Virus record (IMG/VR): IMGVR_UViG_3300024259_002152
Location: 286,867 to 350,866 of that record
Direction: 5' to 3' (one strand)
Length of the DNA stretch: 64,000 nt
The notes under the pieces are model-generated. The model made no database searches. It was not told the origin of the DNA and saw only the letters and a list, made by a program, of their open reading frames with translations. Positions within the stretch are counted from its first letter, which is position 1. Each line of letters begins with the position of its first letter. Made by a program: the position numbers and the translations under genes. Below are positions 46,097 to 54,418 of this stretch, one piece after another.

Positions 46097-46168
46097 GTCA
46101 GAGGTAGTGTAATGGAAGCACACAAGATTGTGGATCTTGGAGAGCGAGTTCAAATCTCGTCCTTTGAC
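46097..46168 (+). tRNA. tRNA-His(GTG)
   Basis: Loop TTGTGGA, G-1:C73. Confidence 0.9.
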
Positions 46169-46174
46169 CTTTTT

Positions 46175-46246
46175 GAGCAAGTAGCCAAGCGGCCAAGGCA
46201 ATAGGTTGCAACCCTATGATCGTGGGTCCGAGTCCCACCTTGCTCT
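46175..46246 (+). tRNA. tRNA-Cys(GCA)
   Basis: Loop TTGCAAC, U73. Confidence 0.9.
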
Positions 46247-46439
46247 TTTTCCAGACAATGAGTTTCTTAGAATGGTATAGTAGACAAGGGCGTATTAGTC
46301 CTTTTGTTGAGCAGATGCTTAACTACCCATATTAATGTCGTAATTATAATCGACAGAAGGAGTTAGGTGATTTGCTCAACATTTATTTTATCACAAAAAG
46401 TATAGTAAAATTTGTGACATTTTGTCGGAAAAATAAAAA

Positions 46440-46943
46440 ATGACTAGCGAAGAAATAAAAATAGCCAATAAGACAGCCAGAAGTGGTGGAGCAGTAGGTA
46501 AAAATGCTATTCTTCCTAGGATCATAAAAGCTAGATATTCTCCTGTAAGTTGTGAGATTCTAGATTTTGGAGCGGGACCTAAAGCTCTACATACTCTAGA
46601 GTTAGATAAAAACAACTTTCGGTGTTGGCCTTATGAGATGGGAGATAATTATGATTCTGATATCCATTTTAATGATAAAGAGTTAGGTGATCGGCAATTT
46701 GACCTAGTTTTTGCTTCTAATGTCATCAATACTCTGAGTTCTTTATCTGCTATTCGAGAGACTCTAGATAAGATCTATAGTTTTGTAGATACTTATGGAG
46801 TAGCGTTGATTAATCTTCCTGTTTCTCCGAGAAAATATAAAGGTCTCACCAAAGAGTTACTTATGGATCTTATTATGGAGAAATTTAATTCGGTAATGGT
46901 AGAGAACCACAATGGGACTAAGGTATTTTTTTGTGAGAAGTAA
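46440..46943 (+). CDS. class I SAM-dependent methyltransferase
   Basis: ILDFGAG, FDLVFASNVIN. Confidence 0.75.
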   Translation: MTSEEIKIANKTARSGGAVGKNAILPRIIKARYSPVSCEILDFGAGPKALHTLELDKNNFRCWPYEMGDNYDSDIHFNDKELGDRQFDLVFASNVINTLSSLSAIRETLDKIYSFVDTYGVALINLPVSPRKYKGLTKELLMDLIMEKFNSVMVENHNGTKVFFCEK

Positions 46944-46948
46944 TAGTT

Positions 46949-47455
46949 ATGCATAGAAGACTTCCAATAGGAAAACTAATAGGAGGATCTATTTATGTTC
47001 ATAGGGACTATGTAGATCGTGTAGTTCCTGGGGATATTTTCCGAGAAGCGAAGAAAATTGGACATATTAAAGATTTTCATGAATGGTATCCTCAATGGAC
47101 AATAGTCAAATGGAACAAATATAAAGAGATGGTCTCATTTGTTTATTGTCCTTATTTTGATAGACAATTTGAGCCAGGGATTCATCATGTAGTTACTGTT
47201 GATTTAAGGACTAGGACTAGTCAAATAAGGTGTTATAGGGGTATTAAGAATCGTCCTATTTATCATTATAAATGGCTTATGGTTGGTGTTGGTTATAGGA
47301 AATTTCAAGTAAGTCAATGTATGATGAGGAGTTATGAGATTGAAAGAGTTCTAAAGAAATACAATATTAATAGATCAAAAATTGGTTATAGGAGATATTG
47401 GGATGATGTAGTTATTCCTTTAATTCAGAAAGAGAGGATTCCAGATGGTAGATAA
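46949..47455 (+). CDS. protein resembling the accessory domain of phosphorothioation-associated methyltransferases
   Basis: GKLIGGSIYVH, SFVYCPYFDRQFEP, NRPIYHYK. Confidence 0.55.
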   Translation: MHRRLPIGKLIGGSIYVHRDYVDRVVPGDIFREAKKIGHIKDFHEWYPQWTIVKWNKYKEMVSFVYCPYFDRQFEPGIHHVVTVDLRTRTSQIRCYRGIKNRPIYHYKWLMVGVGYRKFQVSQCMMRSYEIERVLKKYNINRSKIGYRRYWDDVVIPLIQKERIPDGR

Positions 47456-47690
47456 AGAATCAAAGATGATAAATACTATGTTAGTATATAGTATTAAGTG
47501 TTTTAAGTGTGGAATTCTTGAGGAAGAGATGGTAAAAGCAGGTCCAATAAAGTTTTGTAAGAAATGTTTTGGGGAAGAGTTTAAGGATTGTGTATCTCCG
47601 AAAGGACAGATATATTCTGGCTCTAAGGTATATAAAGAATGGATAGGTAAATATAGAATGCATATGAATGCATTAACTCATGATAGATAA
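47445..47690 (+). CDS. zinc-finger hypothetical protein
   Basis: CFKC...CKKC. Confidence 0.6.
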   Translation: MVDKESKMINTMLVYSIKCFKCGILEEEMVKAGPIKFCKKCFGEEFKDCVSPKGQIYSGSKVYKEWIGKYRMHMNALTHDR

Positions 47691-47717
47691 ATGTAAACCT
47701 TTTGTTGTAGGAGAATT

Positions 47718-47897
47718 ATGATGGCTATGGATCATTATGGTAACACGGTAGATGTAGGTGACACTGTAAGAAAGGTCGGTTACAGTGATGAGTATACTGT
47801 AATTGATACAGAGTATGGAGGAGAAATGCTCAGTTTGAGTGGGGAGAATTGGGTAGAAAATAATGTTCGTGTTCAGGATGTGATGAAAATAGGTTAA
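47718..47897 (+). CDS. hypothetical protein (59 aa)
   Basis: AGGAG RBS; DHYGNTVDVGDTV. Confidence 0.6.
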   Translation: MMAMDHYGNTVDVGDTVRKVGYSDEYTVIDTEYGGEMLSLSGENWVENNVRVQDVMKIG

Positions 47898-47912
47898 TTT
47901 AAGCGGGTGTAA

Positions 47913-47983
47913 TCTCCATAAGTGTATTGGTCGCACGTGACCCTTCCAAGGTTGAAGGCTCAGTTCGATTCTGAGATGGAGAA
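47913..47983 (+). tRNA. tRNA-Gly(TCC), atypical acceptor
   Basis: Loop CTTCCAA. Confidence 0.8.
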
Positions 47984-48074
47984 TTTATTTTGGCTATATG
48001 CAAAAATAAATAAAGGTATATAGCATGTTTCTCCGAATATATTAATAGTTAATGATATATTTTGGAGAAATAAA

Positions 48075-48659
48075 ATGAGAAAAAGAACAAGTCCAATATG
48101 GACAATATCTAAAGATAAGCTAGAAAGGATTGTTAAAAATAGTGATAGTCTCGCTAAAGTCTTAAAACAAATTAATTTAGATCCATATGGTAGCGGTAGC
48201 CGTTATCGATCTTTGAAAGAAAGATTAAAAATAGATAGTATTGATTACTCTCATATACGGTTGGGATCTTTCTCTAATAGTGGTAGAAATTTTGATAGTA
48301 AGGCAATTTCTTTAAAAGAAATTATGGTGGAAAATTCTACTTATAGTAGAAATCATCTTAAGCGAAGACTACTAGAAAATAATATATTAGAAAATTGTTG
48401 TGCCATATGTGGTCAAGAACCCACTTGGAAAAATATAAAATTAGTAATGGTGTTAGATCATATTAATGGTGTTAGAAATGATAACAGATTAGAGAATTTG
48501 AGATTATTATGTCCTAATTGCAATAGTCAACAGAAAACTTTTGCAGGAAAATGTAATAAGAGACCTCTTCCTGTATGCAAAAATTGCGGTAAAGAGGTAT
48601 CTAGAAGATCAAAAACTAAATTATGTAAAAATTGTTATGTAAATAGGAGAATAACATGA
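48075..48659 (+). CDS. HNH endonuclease
   Basis: CAICG...LDHINGVRNDNRLENLRLLCPNC. Confidence 0.92.
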   Translation: MRKRTSPIWTISKDKLERIVKNSDSLAKVLKQINLDPYGSGSRYRSLKERLKIDSIDYSHIRLGSFSNSGRNFDSKAISLKEIMVENSTYSRNHLKRRLLENNILENCCAICGQEPTWKNIKLVMVLDHINGVRNDNRLENLRLLCPNCNSQQKTFAGKCNKRPLPVCKNCGKEVSRRSKTKLCKNCYVNRRIT

Positions 48660-48862
48660 TAATTACTCTTGATGAAAATACGATGATAAATACTAATTTC
48701 ATACAATATGTGGATAAAAAAGATGATCAAACAGTTGTTATAACAATGGCAGATAGTAAGAGATATGAAAAAAAAGAAACAATGGAACAGGTTAAAAAAT
48801 GGTTATTACATTATGAACAACATCCCCCTGTTACTCATAATATAAAGATAGTTGATAAATAA
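48656..48862 (+). CDS. FlbD-like small protein
   Basis: INTNFIQYV...TVVITM...KETMEQV. Confidence 0.5.
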   Translation: MIITLDENTMINTNFIQYVDKKDDQTVVITMADSKRYEKKETMEQVKKWLLHYEQHPPVTHNIKIVDK

Positions 48863-48870
48863 GATTTTTT

Positions 48871-48942
48871 GCAGCTATGGTATAACGGATATTACGTGAC
48901 CTTGCCAAGGTCAAAATGTGAGTTCGATTCTCACTAGTTGCT
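48871..48942 (+). tRNA. tRNA-Gly(GCC)
   Basis: Loop TTGCCAA. Confidence 0.9.
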
Positions 48943-48947
48943 TACAA

Positions 48948-49021
48948 GCCCAGGTAGCCCAAATGGCAGAGGCACATGCCTTAGGAGCATGGTGATGGTG
49001 GTTCGAATCCACTTCTGGGTA
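48948..49021 (+). tRNA. tRNA-Leu(TAG), short variable loop
   Basis: Loop CTTAGGA. Confidence 0.9.
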
Positions 49022-49067
49022 TTTATTAGTGTTTTAGAAATAAGTAGCACCGAATCGGAGTAATATT

Positions 49068-49304
49068 ATGGATGTTGTAATGCTTTTACTTAGTACTCTT
49101 TCTATTATAATTGGTATATATTGTATAATAGTGAGTTTTGTTCCAATTTTAGGTATTGCTTGGGGTTTTGTACCATCTATTATTGGAATAGTATTAGGAG
49201 CTATTGCTGGTAGTACAGCAGGAGTAGTTCTCAATATAATAGCTATTGTTATTATGATTGTTTGGAATCTTATTTGTATTTTGTTTTTAGCTAAGAATGG
49301 TTAA
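49068..49304 (+). CDS. small membrane protein
   Basis: GGAG RBS, almost entirely hydrophobic. Confidence 0.65.
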   Translation: MDVVMLLLSTLSIIIGIYCIIVSFVPILGIAWGFVPSIIGIVLGAIAGSTAGVVLNIIAIVIMIVWNLICILFLAKNG

Positions 49305-49318
49305 AAAAACTGTTTTTT

Positions 49319-49393
49319 ACTCCTGTAGCTCAATTGGATTAGAGCATCTCCCTTCTAAGGAGAAAGTTAGGGGTTCGAGTCCTCTCAGGAGTG
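49319..49393 (+). tRNA. tRNA-Arg(TCT)
   Basis: Loop CTTCTAA. Confidence 0.93.
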
Positions 49394-49603
49394 TTTTTCT
49401 CTATTTTTCACTTTTCCCGAAAAATATAAATCTTTATTACAAAGGAAGTTATAGAGAATTTTTAATATTTATAACAGGAAAATAGTGAATTTACTTGATT
49501 ATTCTTTCACTTTTGACTATATTATACATAGTCATATGACAAGTGTAGTAGTTAGTAAATGTTAACCTAAGTAGTATGTGGCAGAGCCACGGAGGTAACA
49601 ACA

Positions 49604-50026
49604 ATGCAAAGTGTTCAAGTAGGTAAGGAAGCCTCACGAACTGGTAGTGAGTCTTATATCCAGACCTACCAGAACCTGTTGAGGCAAAAAGAGCGTATTG
49701 ACAGGAATCTGATGAAGCTTCAGAGCAAATTATTAAGGGCTATGGCTGGTCAAAAGCCAGTCAGTAGTCCTGCGAAATATGTTTCGAGGCTTCCCAACAC
49801 GACCATTTTGGTCAGAGCTATTAGAGAGTGTATGACTCCGAATAAAGAGATGACTATGAGTGACATTCTAGAATCTCTTCATAAAAAGGATTTGTATCAC
49901 ACTCAGAGCCAGTATTTCTATACGATGGTTAATAATAAACTTAACCGTGATAGTCTTATTCATAAGGTTCGTCGCGGTGTCTTTATGTTTAAACCTCGCA
50001 GAAAAAAAGGAAGTGCTGTGGCATAA
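49604..50026 (+). CDS. coiled-coil plus winged-helix-like DNA-binding protein
   Basis: GGAGG RBS; MTMSDILESL...KVRRGVF. Confidence 0.6.
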   Translation: MQSVQVGKEASRTGSESYIQTYQNLLRQKERIDRNLMKLQSKLLRAMAGQKPVSSPAKYVSRLPNTTILVRAIRECMTPNKEMTMSDILESLHKKDLYHTQSQYFYTMVNNKLNRDSLIHKVRRGVFMFKPRRKKGSAVA

Positions 50027-50050
50027 AAATCTAAAAACATTTAAGTTTTT

Positions 50051-50094
50051 AATGCCCAGTCTTCTTAGGAAACAGGATGATTGGGCATTTTTTT
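50051..50094 (+). terminator. intrinsic terminator
   Basis: AATGCCCAGTC/GATTGGGCATT plus T tract. Confidence 0.7.
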
Positions 50095-50210
50095 ATACTT
50101 TTTTCCTAAAATTGGGAAAAAAAGACTTGCAAAAGTAGGGAAAGTGTGTAGAATACTGGGGTCATGTGAGAGGCATGTATATTTTACACCTATGGATAAT
50201 GGAGATTATT

Positions 50211-50483
50211 GTGGAGCAAAGCGAAAGGACCAAGAACACCTACAGATTAAGATGTGAGAAGATAGTCAACGAATCATGGTCAAAAGTTGAGGAGCATGTA
50301 AATGAGATTATGAAAGCATTAGAGAAAGATATTCTTGATGAGAGAGATATTTTACTTTTAAGGCTTGCTTCTGGGGCTTTTGTTCAGAGAGTTCAGTTAA
50401 ATCAGTTAGAAAGTGATGAGCTTTTTCAGATAGATCCTAACGAGGGTCGTCGAGATAAAGATCTTGATCTTGATGTTTGTTAA
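50211..50483 (+). CDS. hypothetical protein
   Basis: GGAG RBS, GTG start. Confidence 0.6.
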   Translation: MEQSERTKNTYRLRCEKIVNESWSKVEEHVNEIMKALEKDILDERDILLLRLASGAFVQRVQLNQLESDELFQIDPNEGRRDKDLDLDVC

Positions 50484-50557
50484 GCTCCTGTAGTCTAATA
50501 GGATAGGCACTGGTTTCCTAAACCAGATATATGCAGGTTCGAGTCCTGTCAGGAGTA
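50484..50557 (+). tRNA. tRNA-Arg(CCT)
   Basis: Loop TTCCTAA. Confidence 0.92.
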
Positions 50558-50560
50558 TAA

Positions 50561-50635
50561 GTCCCTATCGCCTAATTGGATATGGCACTCCGCTACGGAC
50601 GGAGAATAGTGTGGGTTCGAATCCTACTAGGGATA
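50561..50635 (+). tRNA. tRNA-Arg(ACG)
   Basis: Loop CTACGGA. Confidence 0.92.
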
Positions 50636-50640
50636 TTGCT

Positions 50641-50712
50641 AGGTCGTTGGTGAAATTGGTATCATTGGACTCTCCAAAAGTTCGGTTCAGGGTTCGAGTC
50701 CCTGGCGACCTG
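50641..50712 (+). tRNA. tRNA-Trp(CCA)
   Basis: Loop CTCCAAA, G73. Confidence 0.9.
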
Positions 50713-50786
50713 TTAAAATTCCAGACAATGAGTTTGTAGAAATGGTAGTAGTATAGCACCGAATCCTTTTTTAGCGGAAAAAATAA

Positions 50787-50981
50787 ATGACAATTACAGA
50801 GCTGTATAAAAAATTAGGAAATATGGTAAAACATGGCTTAGGAGATGAGTCAGTAAAGATATCTATTCCTTTTAGAGATGGAATAGGTATTCATTATGAA
50901 GATATTGTGAATGTTACTACTCATGATGGGATAGTAGATATACATACTACTGTGTCAGAATATGATGATGTGAAAAAATGA
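50787..50981 (+). CDS. hypothetical protein
   Basis: MTITELYKKL phage-type start. Confidence 0.6.
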   Translation: MTITELYKKLGNMVKHGLGDESVKISIPFRDGIGIHYEDIVNVTTHDGIVDIHTTVSEYDDVKK

Positions 50982-50987
50982 ATAGAA

Positions 50988-51061
50988 GCCCACGTAGACC
51001 AATCGGCAGAGTCATAGCATTTAAAATGCTAGTAGTGGTGGTTCGAGTCCACTCGTGGGTA
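50988..51061 (+). tRNA. tRNA-Leu(TAA), short variable loop
   Basis: Loop TTTAAAA. Confidence 0.9.
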
Positions 51062-51077
51062 TTAAAATACTAGATAG

Positions 51078-51150
51078 GCCCAGGTGACCCAATGGCAGAG
51101 GTGAACGTTTCAAAAGCGTTTTGTTGGTGGTTCGAGTCCACTTCTGGGTA
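51078..51150 (+). tRNA. tRNA-Leu(CAA), short variable loop
   Basis: Loop TTCAAAA. Confidence 0.9.
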
Positions 51151-51270
51151 TTATGAAATTTACATTCCTCCCCTTGCTAATTGCTCCTCATCTTTTTCCC
51201 TCCAAAATTAGCAAGGGGTCTTTTTTTGTCCATTTTTCCAGACAATGAGTTTTCCAAAAAGGTAAGTATT

Positions 51271-51462
51271 ATGATAACTGATCAAAAGAGATATATAATA
51301 ATGGAGACAAGTTGTTTCCCTAAGTCATGGAAAGTTCTTTCTGTTATAGGCAGAGATAATAATGCTGCTTATTTGTTTCATCCTACTCCTGAGCAAGCCA
51401 GGGAACAAGTAGAGAATGATTTCCATGGAGAAGTAGTTGAAATAGTAAAGCTAGGAGAATAG
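51271..51462 (+). CDS. hypothetical protein
   Basis: ATG just after TTCCAGACAA element. Confidence 0.55.
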   Translation: MITDQKRYIIMETSCFPKSWKVLSVIGRDNNAAYLFHPTPEQAREQVENDFHGEVVEIVKLGE

Positions 51463-51464
51463 AA

Positions 51465-51653
51465 ATGAATGAGCAACAAAAGCAAAAATTAGAGCATCTA
51501 TGTTATCTTTGTAAAAAAGGTTATGGTTATAGACCTACTTCTGAAGAAAATGAGTTTCTTGCTGATATGTCTCGAAAATTTCCTCAAGAATATGATAAAA
51601 TTCATGACAAAGCAGTAAAGAAGGCAGTTAAAGAAATAAATCCATTAGGTTAA
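51465..51653 (+). CDS. hypothetical protein
   Basis: AGGAG RBS. Confidence 0.6.
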   Translation: MNEQQKQKLEHLCYLCKKGYGYRPTSEENEFLADMSRKFPQEYDKIHDKAVKKAVKEINPLG

Positions 51654-51659
51654 ATATAA

Positions 51660-51950
51660 GTGAAAAAAGAGAAAGTATATATTACTAGGGATGAGTTGGA
51701 TGATTTCATCTATGTATGGAGAAAACCATCTAAAGGTAATTGGGCTCCTACTCAGATGGTGGGTTGTGATGTAGTTAATTGGCAGAGGGAAGATATAGAG
51801 AATATGGATATATATCCTACTGCTAGTTTTAAGAAGAAATTTGGTATTACTATTTCTCGGAAAATTAAAAAATGTGTCCATCTCTCTTCTGAACTAGTTA
51901 ATAGTGAGGATTATAAGCTTATGTCTGATGACAAGAACAGGAAACAGTAA
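51660..51950 (+). CDS. hypothetical protein
   Basis: Packed array. Confidence 0.6.
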   Translation: MKKEKVYITRDELDDFIYVWRKPSKGNWAPTQMVGCDVVNWQREDIENMDIYPTASFKKKFGITISRKIKKCVHLSSELVNSEDYKLMSDDKNRKQ

Positions 51951-51952
51951 GG

Positions 51953-52168
51953 ATGGAAATGAAGAATCTTAAAACAATGAAGATAGAAAAAGAGCATATG
52001 CAATATTATGCTTCTGAAATTGTTGATAAGAGTGTCTCAAAAGGAGATATTTTTAAAGTAGTTAGAAAGGTTCAATCTGAGGCTAAAGAGAATGGAATTT
52101 ATCTATCTAATTGTGCTGATCTCTATTGGTTCTTGATAGAGTGTAGGGAGAAAATTCCAGACAAGTAG
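51953..52168 (+). CDS. hypothetical protein
   Basis: Ends in the TTCCAGACAA motif (KIPDK). Confidence 0.6.
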   Translation: MEMKNLKTMKIEKEHMQYYASEIVDKSVSKGDIFKVVRKVQSEAKENGIYLSNCADLYWFLIECREKIPDK

Positions 52169-52239
52169 TTTTTAGAAATGGTGTAGTGTTGTTAGTGTGT
52201 TCAGAGAAGTAAAATAACATTTCTTAGAGAGGTTAAACC

Positions 52240-53910
52240 ATGTCTGTTACAGAAGTTATAACAGAAACAAGACAGTTGGGAATGCACCCAAAACTCTTAA
52301 TGGATACTATTCAGAGGCAAGCAGGAAGTCTCCAAAAGGCTAATCTTGAAGGAGTCATGAATGCTATTGAGGCAGGCAGTCCTGAAGTTAGAATTAAGTT
52401 AGTAGTAGATGATGGCAAGGCTCTGCTTTCCATAGAGGATGATGGAAAAGGCATTGAAAATGAGCAAGAGATTTATGATTTTTTTGAGATTTTTGGCACT
52501 CCTCACGATGAGAGTGAGAATATGATATGGAAGCAATTCCGTATGGGTCGTGGGCAAATGTTTGCCTATGGCAGAAATACGTGGAGAACATCAACATTCA
52601 AAATGATTGTTGATATTAAGCACAAAGGGCTGGATTACGAATTGCAAAAGGGATTACCTTTTGTTAATGGGTGTCAGATTGACATTGAGTTGTATAGGAA
52701 TCCTATTGGTTCTTCCCATAATAGTATGGATTCTTATAAAGAAATGATTACGGAGCAAGTTAGATTCATGGAAGGAAGAGTCCTGTTTAATGAGGAGCAA
52801 ATAAATCTTCCTGCTTCTGAATGCAAATGGGATTTTGAAGATGATGATGCTTATTATCTGTTTAATGCTGGCTTAGATTTTAAGATTTATAATCTTGGAG
52901 CATTCGTCACAAAACCTTGGAATATAGGTATGAGTGGTATTGCTGTTTCTAAGCAACAGTTGGTAGTAAATTTTGCCAGAAATGATGTTCAGGATGATTG
53001 TGAAGTATATTGCAGAATGAAAAAGGTTATTCGAGAGAATCGTATTAAAACGACTCGTCGGACTCGGAGAACCTTGACTACTTCTTTAAGATTTGCTACT
53101 CTTAGAGATTTGAGAGATAATACTCAAGATATTAAAGGTATTCAGAGTTTGTCTCTTATTCCAACTGCTCAAGGAAGGCATATCTCTCTTAGTGATATAA
53201 GAAAGGTAAAGCAACAATGGTGTTTTGCTCCTCAGGGAGATAGACGTGCTGATAAGATGATGGAGAGAGGTGATGCTTTATGTATTTGTCAAGACCTTTT
53301 GGTTGATTTGGGATACACGGGCATACCTGAAATGTTTTTTGTATGGCTCACTCATACTGAGCAGTGGCGTTATGGCAATAATATATGGGAAGATATTGCT
53401 AAACTATACGTTGATTTTGAAGATTTGACAAGCAATATGTCTGACTCTTATGTTGTTTTGCCTGATAAAAAACAGACAGTAACAGAGAGAAGAATTATTA
53501 CAGTTCTTCAAAAGATGGCATGTTGGAATCAAAGACGTATTCTCCTGGGTTCCTCTGATACAGCCGCGGCTTGGACAGATGGTAGCACCTATATCTGTAT
53601 TGACCGCACTTGGCTGAAAAGCAAACATCTTACTTGTGGCACTCATATTAATCAACTCTTGATGACAATGGCTCATGAAATGGCTCATGATATTGATACA
53701 AGAGGCACTCATTATCATGGTCCTGAGTTCGATAGGAATATGATACAAATATTAGAATCTGATAGTTCTCCTACTTGTTGGGCAGCTAATTTCTGCCATA
53801 ATATGAGTAAGAGTCGGATAGAGGAAAGAAGAGTAAAAGAAGCTCAGCAACAGGAGAAAGCAAAGCATAAAGTTAATAAAAAATTAGGTATTGCGGCAAA
53901 AGAAAAGTAA
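52240..53910 (+). CDS. GHKL (HATPase_c) ATPase with C-terminal HExxH motif
   Basis: EGVMNAIEA, IEDDGKG, FRMGRGQ; AHEMAH...HGPEF. Confidence 0.8.
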   Translation: MSVTEVITETRQLGMHPKLLMDTIQRQAGSLQKANLEGVMNAIEAGSPEVRIKLVVDDGKALLSIEDDGKGIENEQEIYDFFEIFGTPHDESENMIWKQFRMGRGQMFAYGRNTWRTSTFKMIVDIKHKGLDYELQKGLPFVNGCQIDIELYRNPIGSSHNSMDSYKEMITEQVRFMEGRVLFNEEQINLPASECKWDFEDDDAYYLFNAGLDFKIYNLGAFVTKPWNIGMSGIAVSKQQLVVNFARNDVQDDCEVYCRMKKVIRENRIKTTRRTRRTLTTSLRFATLRDLRDNTQDIKGIQSLSLIPTAQGRHISLSDIRKVKQQWCFAPQGDRRADKMMERGDALCICQDLLVDLGYTGIPEMFFVWLTHTEQWRYGNNIWEDIAKLYVDFEDLTSNMSDSYVVLPDKKQTVTERRIITVLQKMACWNQRRILLGSSDTAAAWTDGSTYICIDRTWLKSKHLTCGTHINQLLMTMAHEMAHDIDTRGTHYHGPEFDRNMIQILESDSSPTCWAANFCHNMSKSRIEERRVKEAQQQEKAKHKVNKKLGIAAKEK

Positions 53911-53969
53911 ATGTAAAGCATTAAGAGAACAGGAGTTATAAAAAATATCTCCTGTTTTCTATTTTTTTC

Positions 53970-53997
53970 TTGACAGCAAAGTGAAAGTAAGTATAAT
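53970..53997 (+). promoter_or_regulatory. sigma70-type promoter
   Basis: TTGACA-16-TATAAT. Confidence 0.7.
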
Positions 53998-54042
53998 GAT
54001 GGCACCAAAAGTGATAATATAAACAAATGAAAGGAATGTCAG

Positions 54043-54336
54043 ATGTATAGAGTAATAATTCTTGTAGGGATAGTGATAGGTATAATATATCTTGTTGTTA
54101 AATTGGTGAGAAGCCCGAAGTTCGACAAGTTTTGTAAAGATCTTTCTGAAGGCAAGGTGGAGGAAGATGTGGCACCGAAAGAGACTATCAAAGAGATTAC
54201 TCAGGCTGAGATAGAATTGAATAGAGTAGCAAAAGAAAATCAACGTAAAGCTGAAAAACTTACTGCTGAGGGTGGAAGTATTAACAAATTTTTAGAAAAA
54301 CGGGGTGTGGTTAAGCCGAAGAAGGAGGATAGTTAA
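54043..54336 (+). CDS. TM plus coiled-coil protein
   Basis: N-terminal TM; upstream of SPFH gene. Confidence 0.7.
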   Translation: MYRVIILVGIVIGIIYLVVKLVRSPKFDKFCKDLSEGKVEEDVAPKETIKEITQAEIELNRVAKENQRKAEKLTAEGGSINKFLEKRGVVKPKKEDS

Positions 54337-54418
54337 TGAAATAAGCTATGGAGGTTGTTTGTAGTATAGTAGATAGTGTGGTAAGAAACAAATATTAATT
54401 TTTGAATTGGAGTAAACA

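Noticed and set aside
40981-46204. Short ORFs in the track overlapping tRNAs (e.g. 42404-42622, 44877-45137, 45055-45345, 45971-46204)
   Set aside because: They are translations of tRNA or ncRNA sequence with no RBS or protein motifs.
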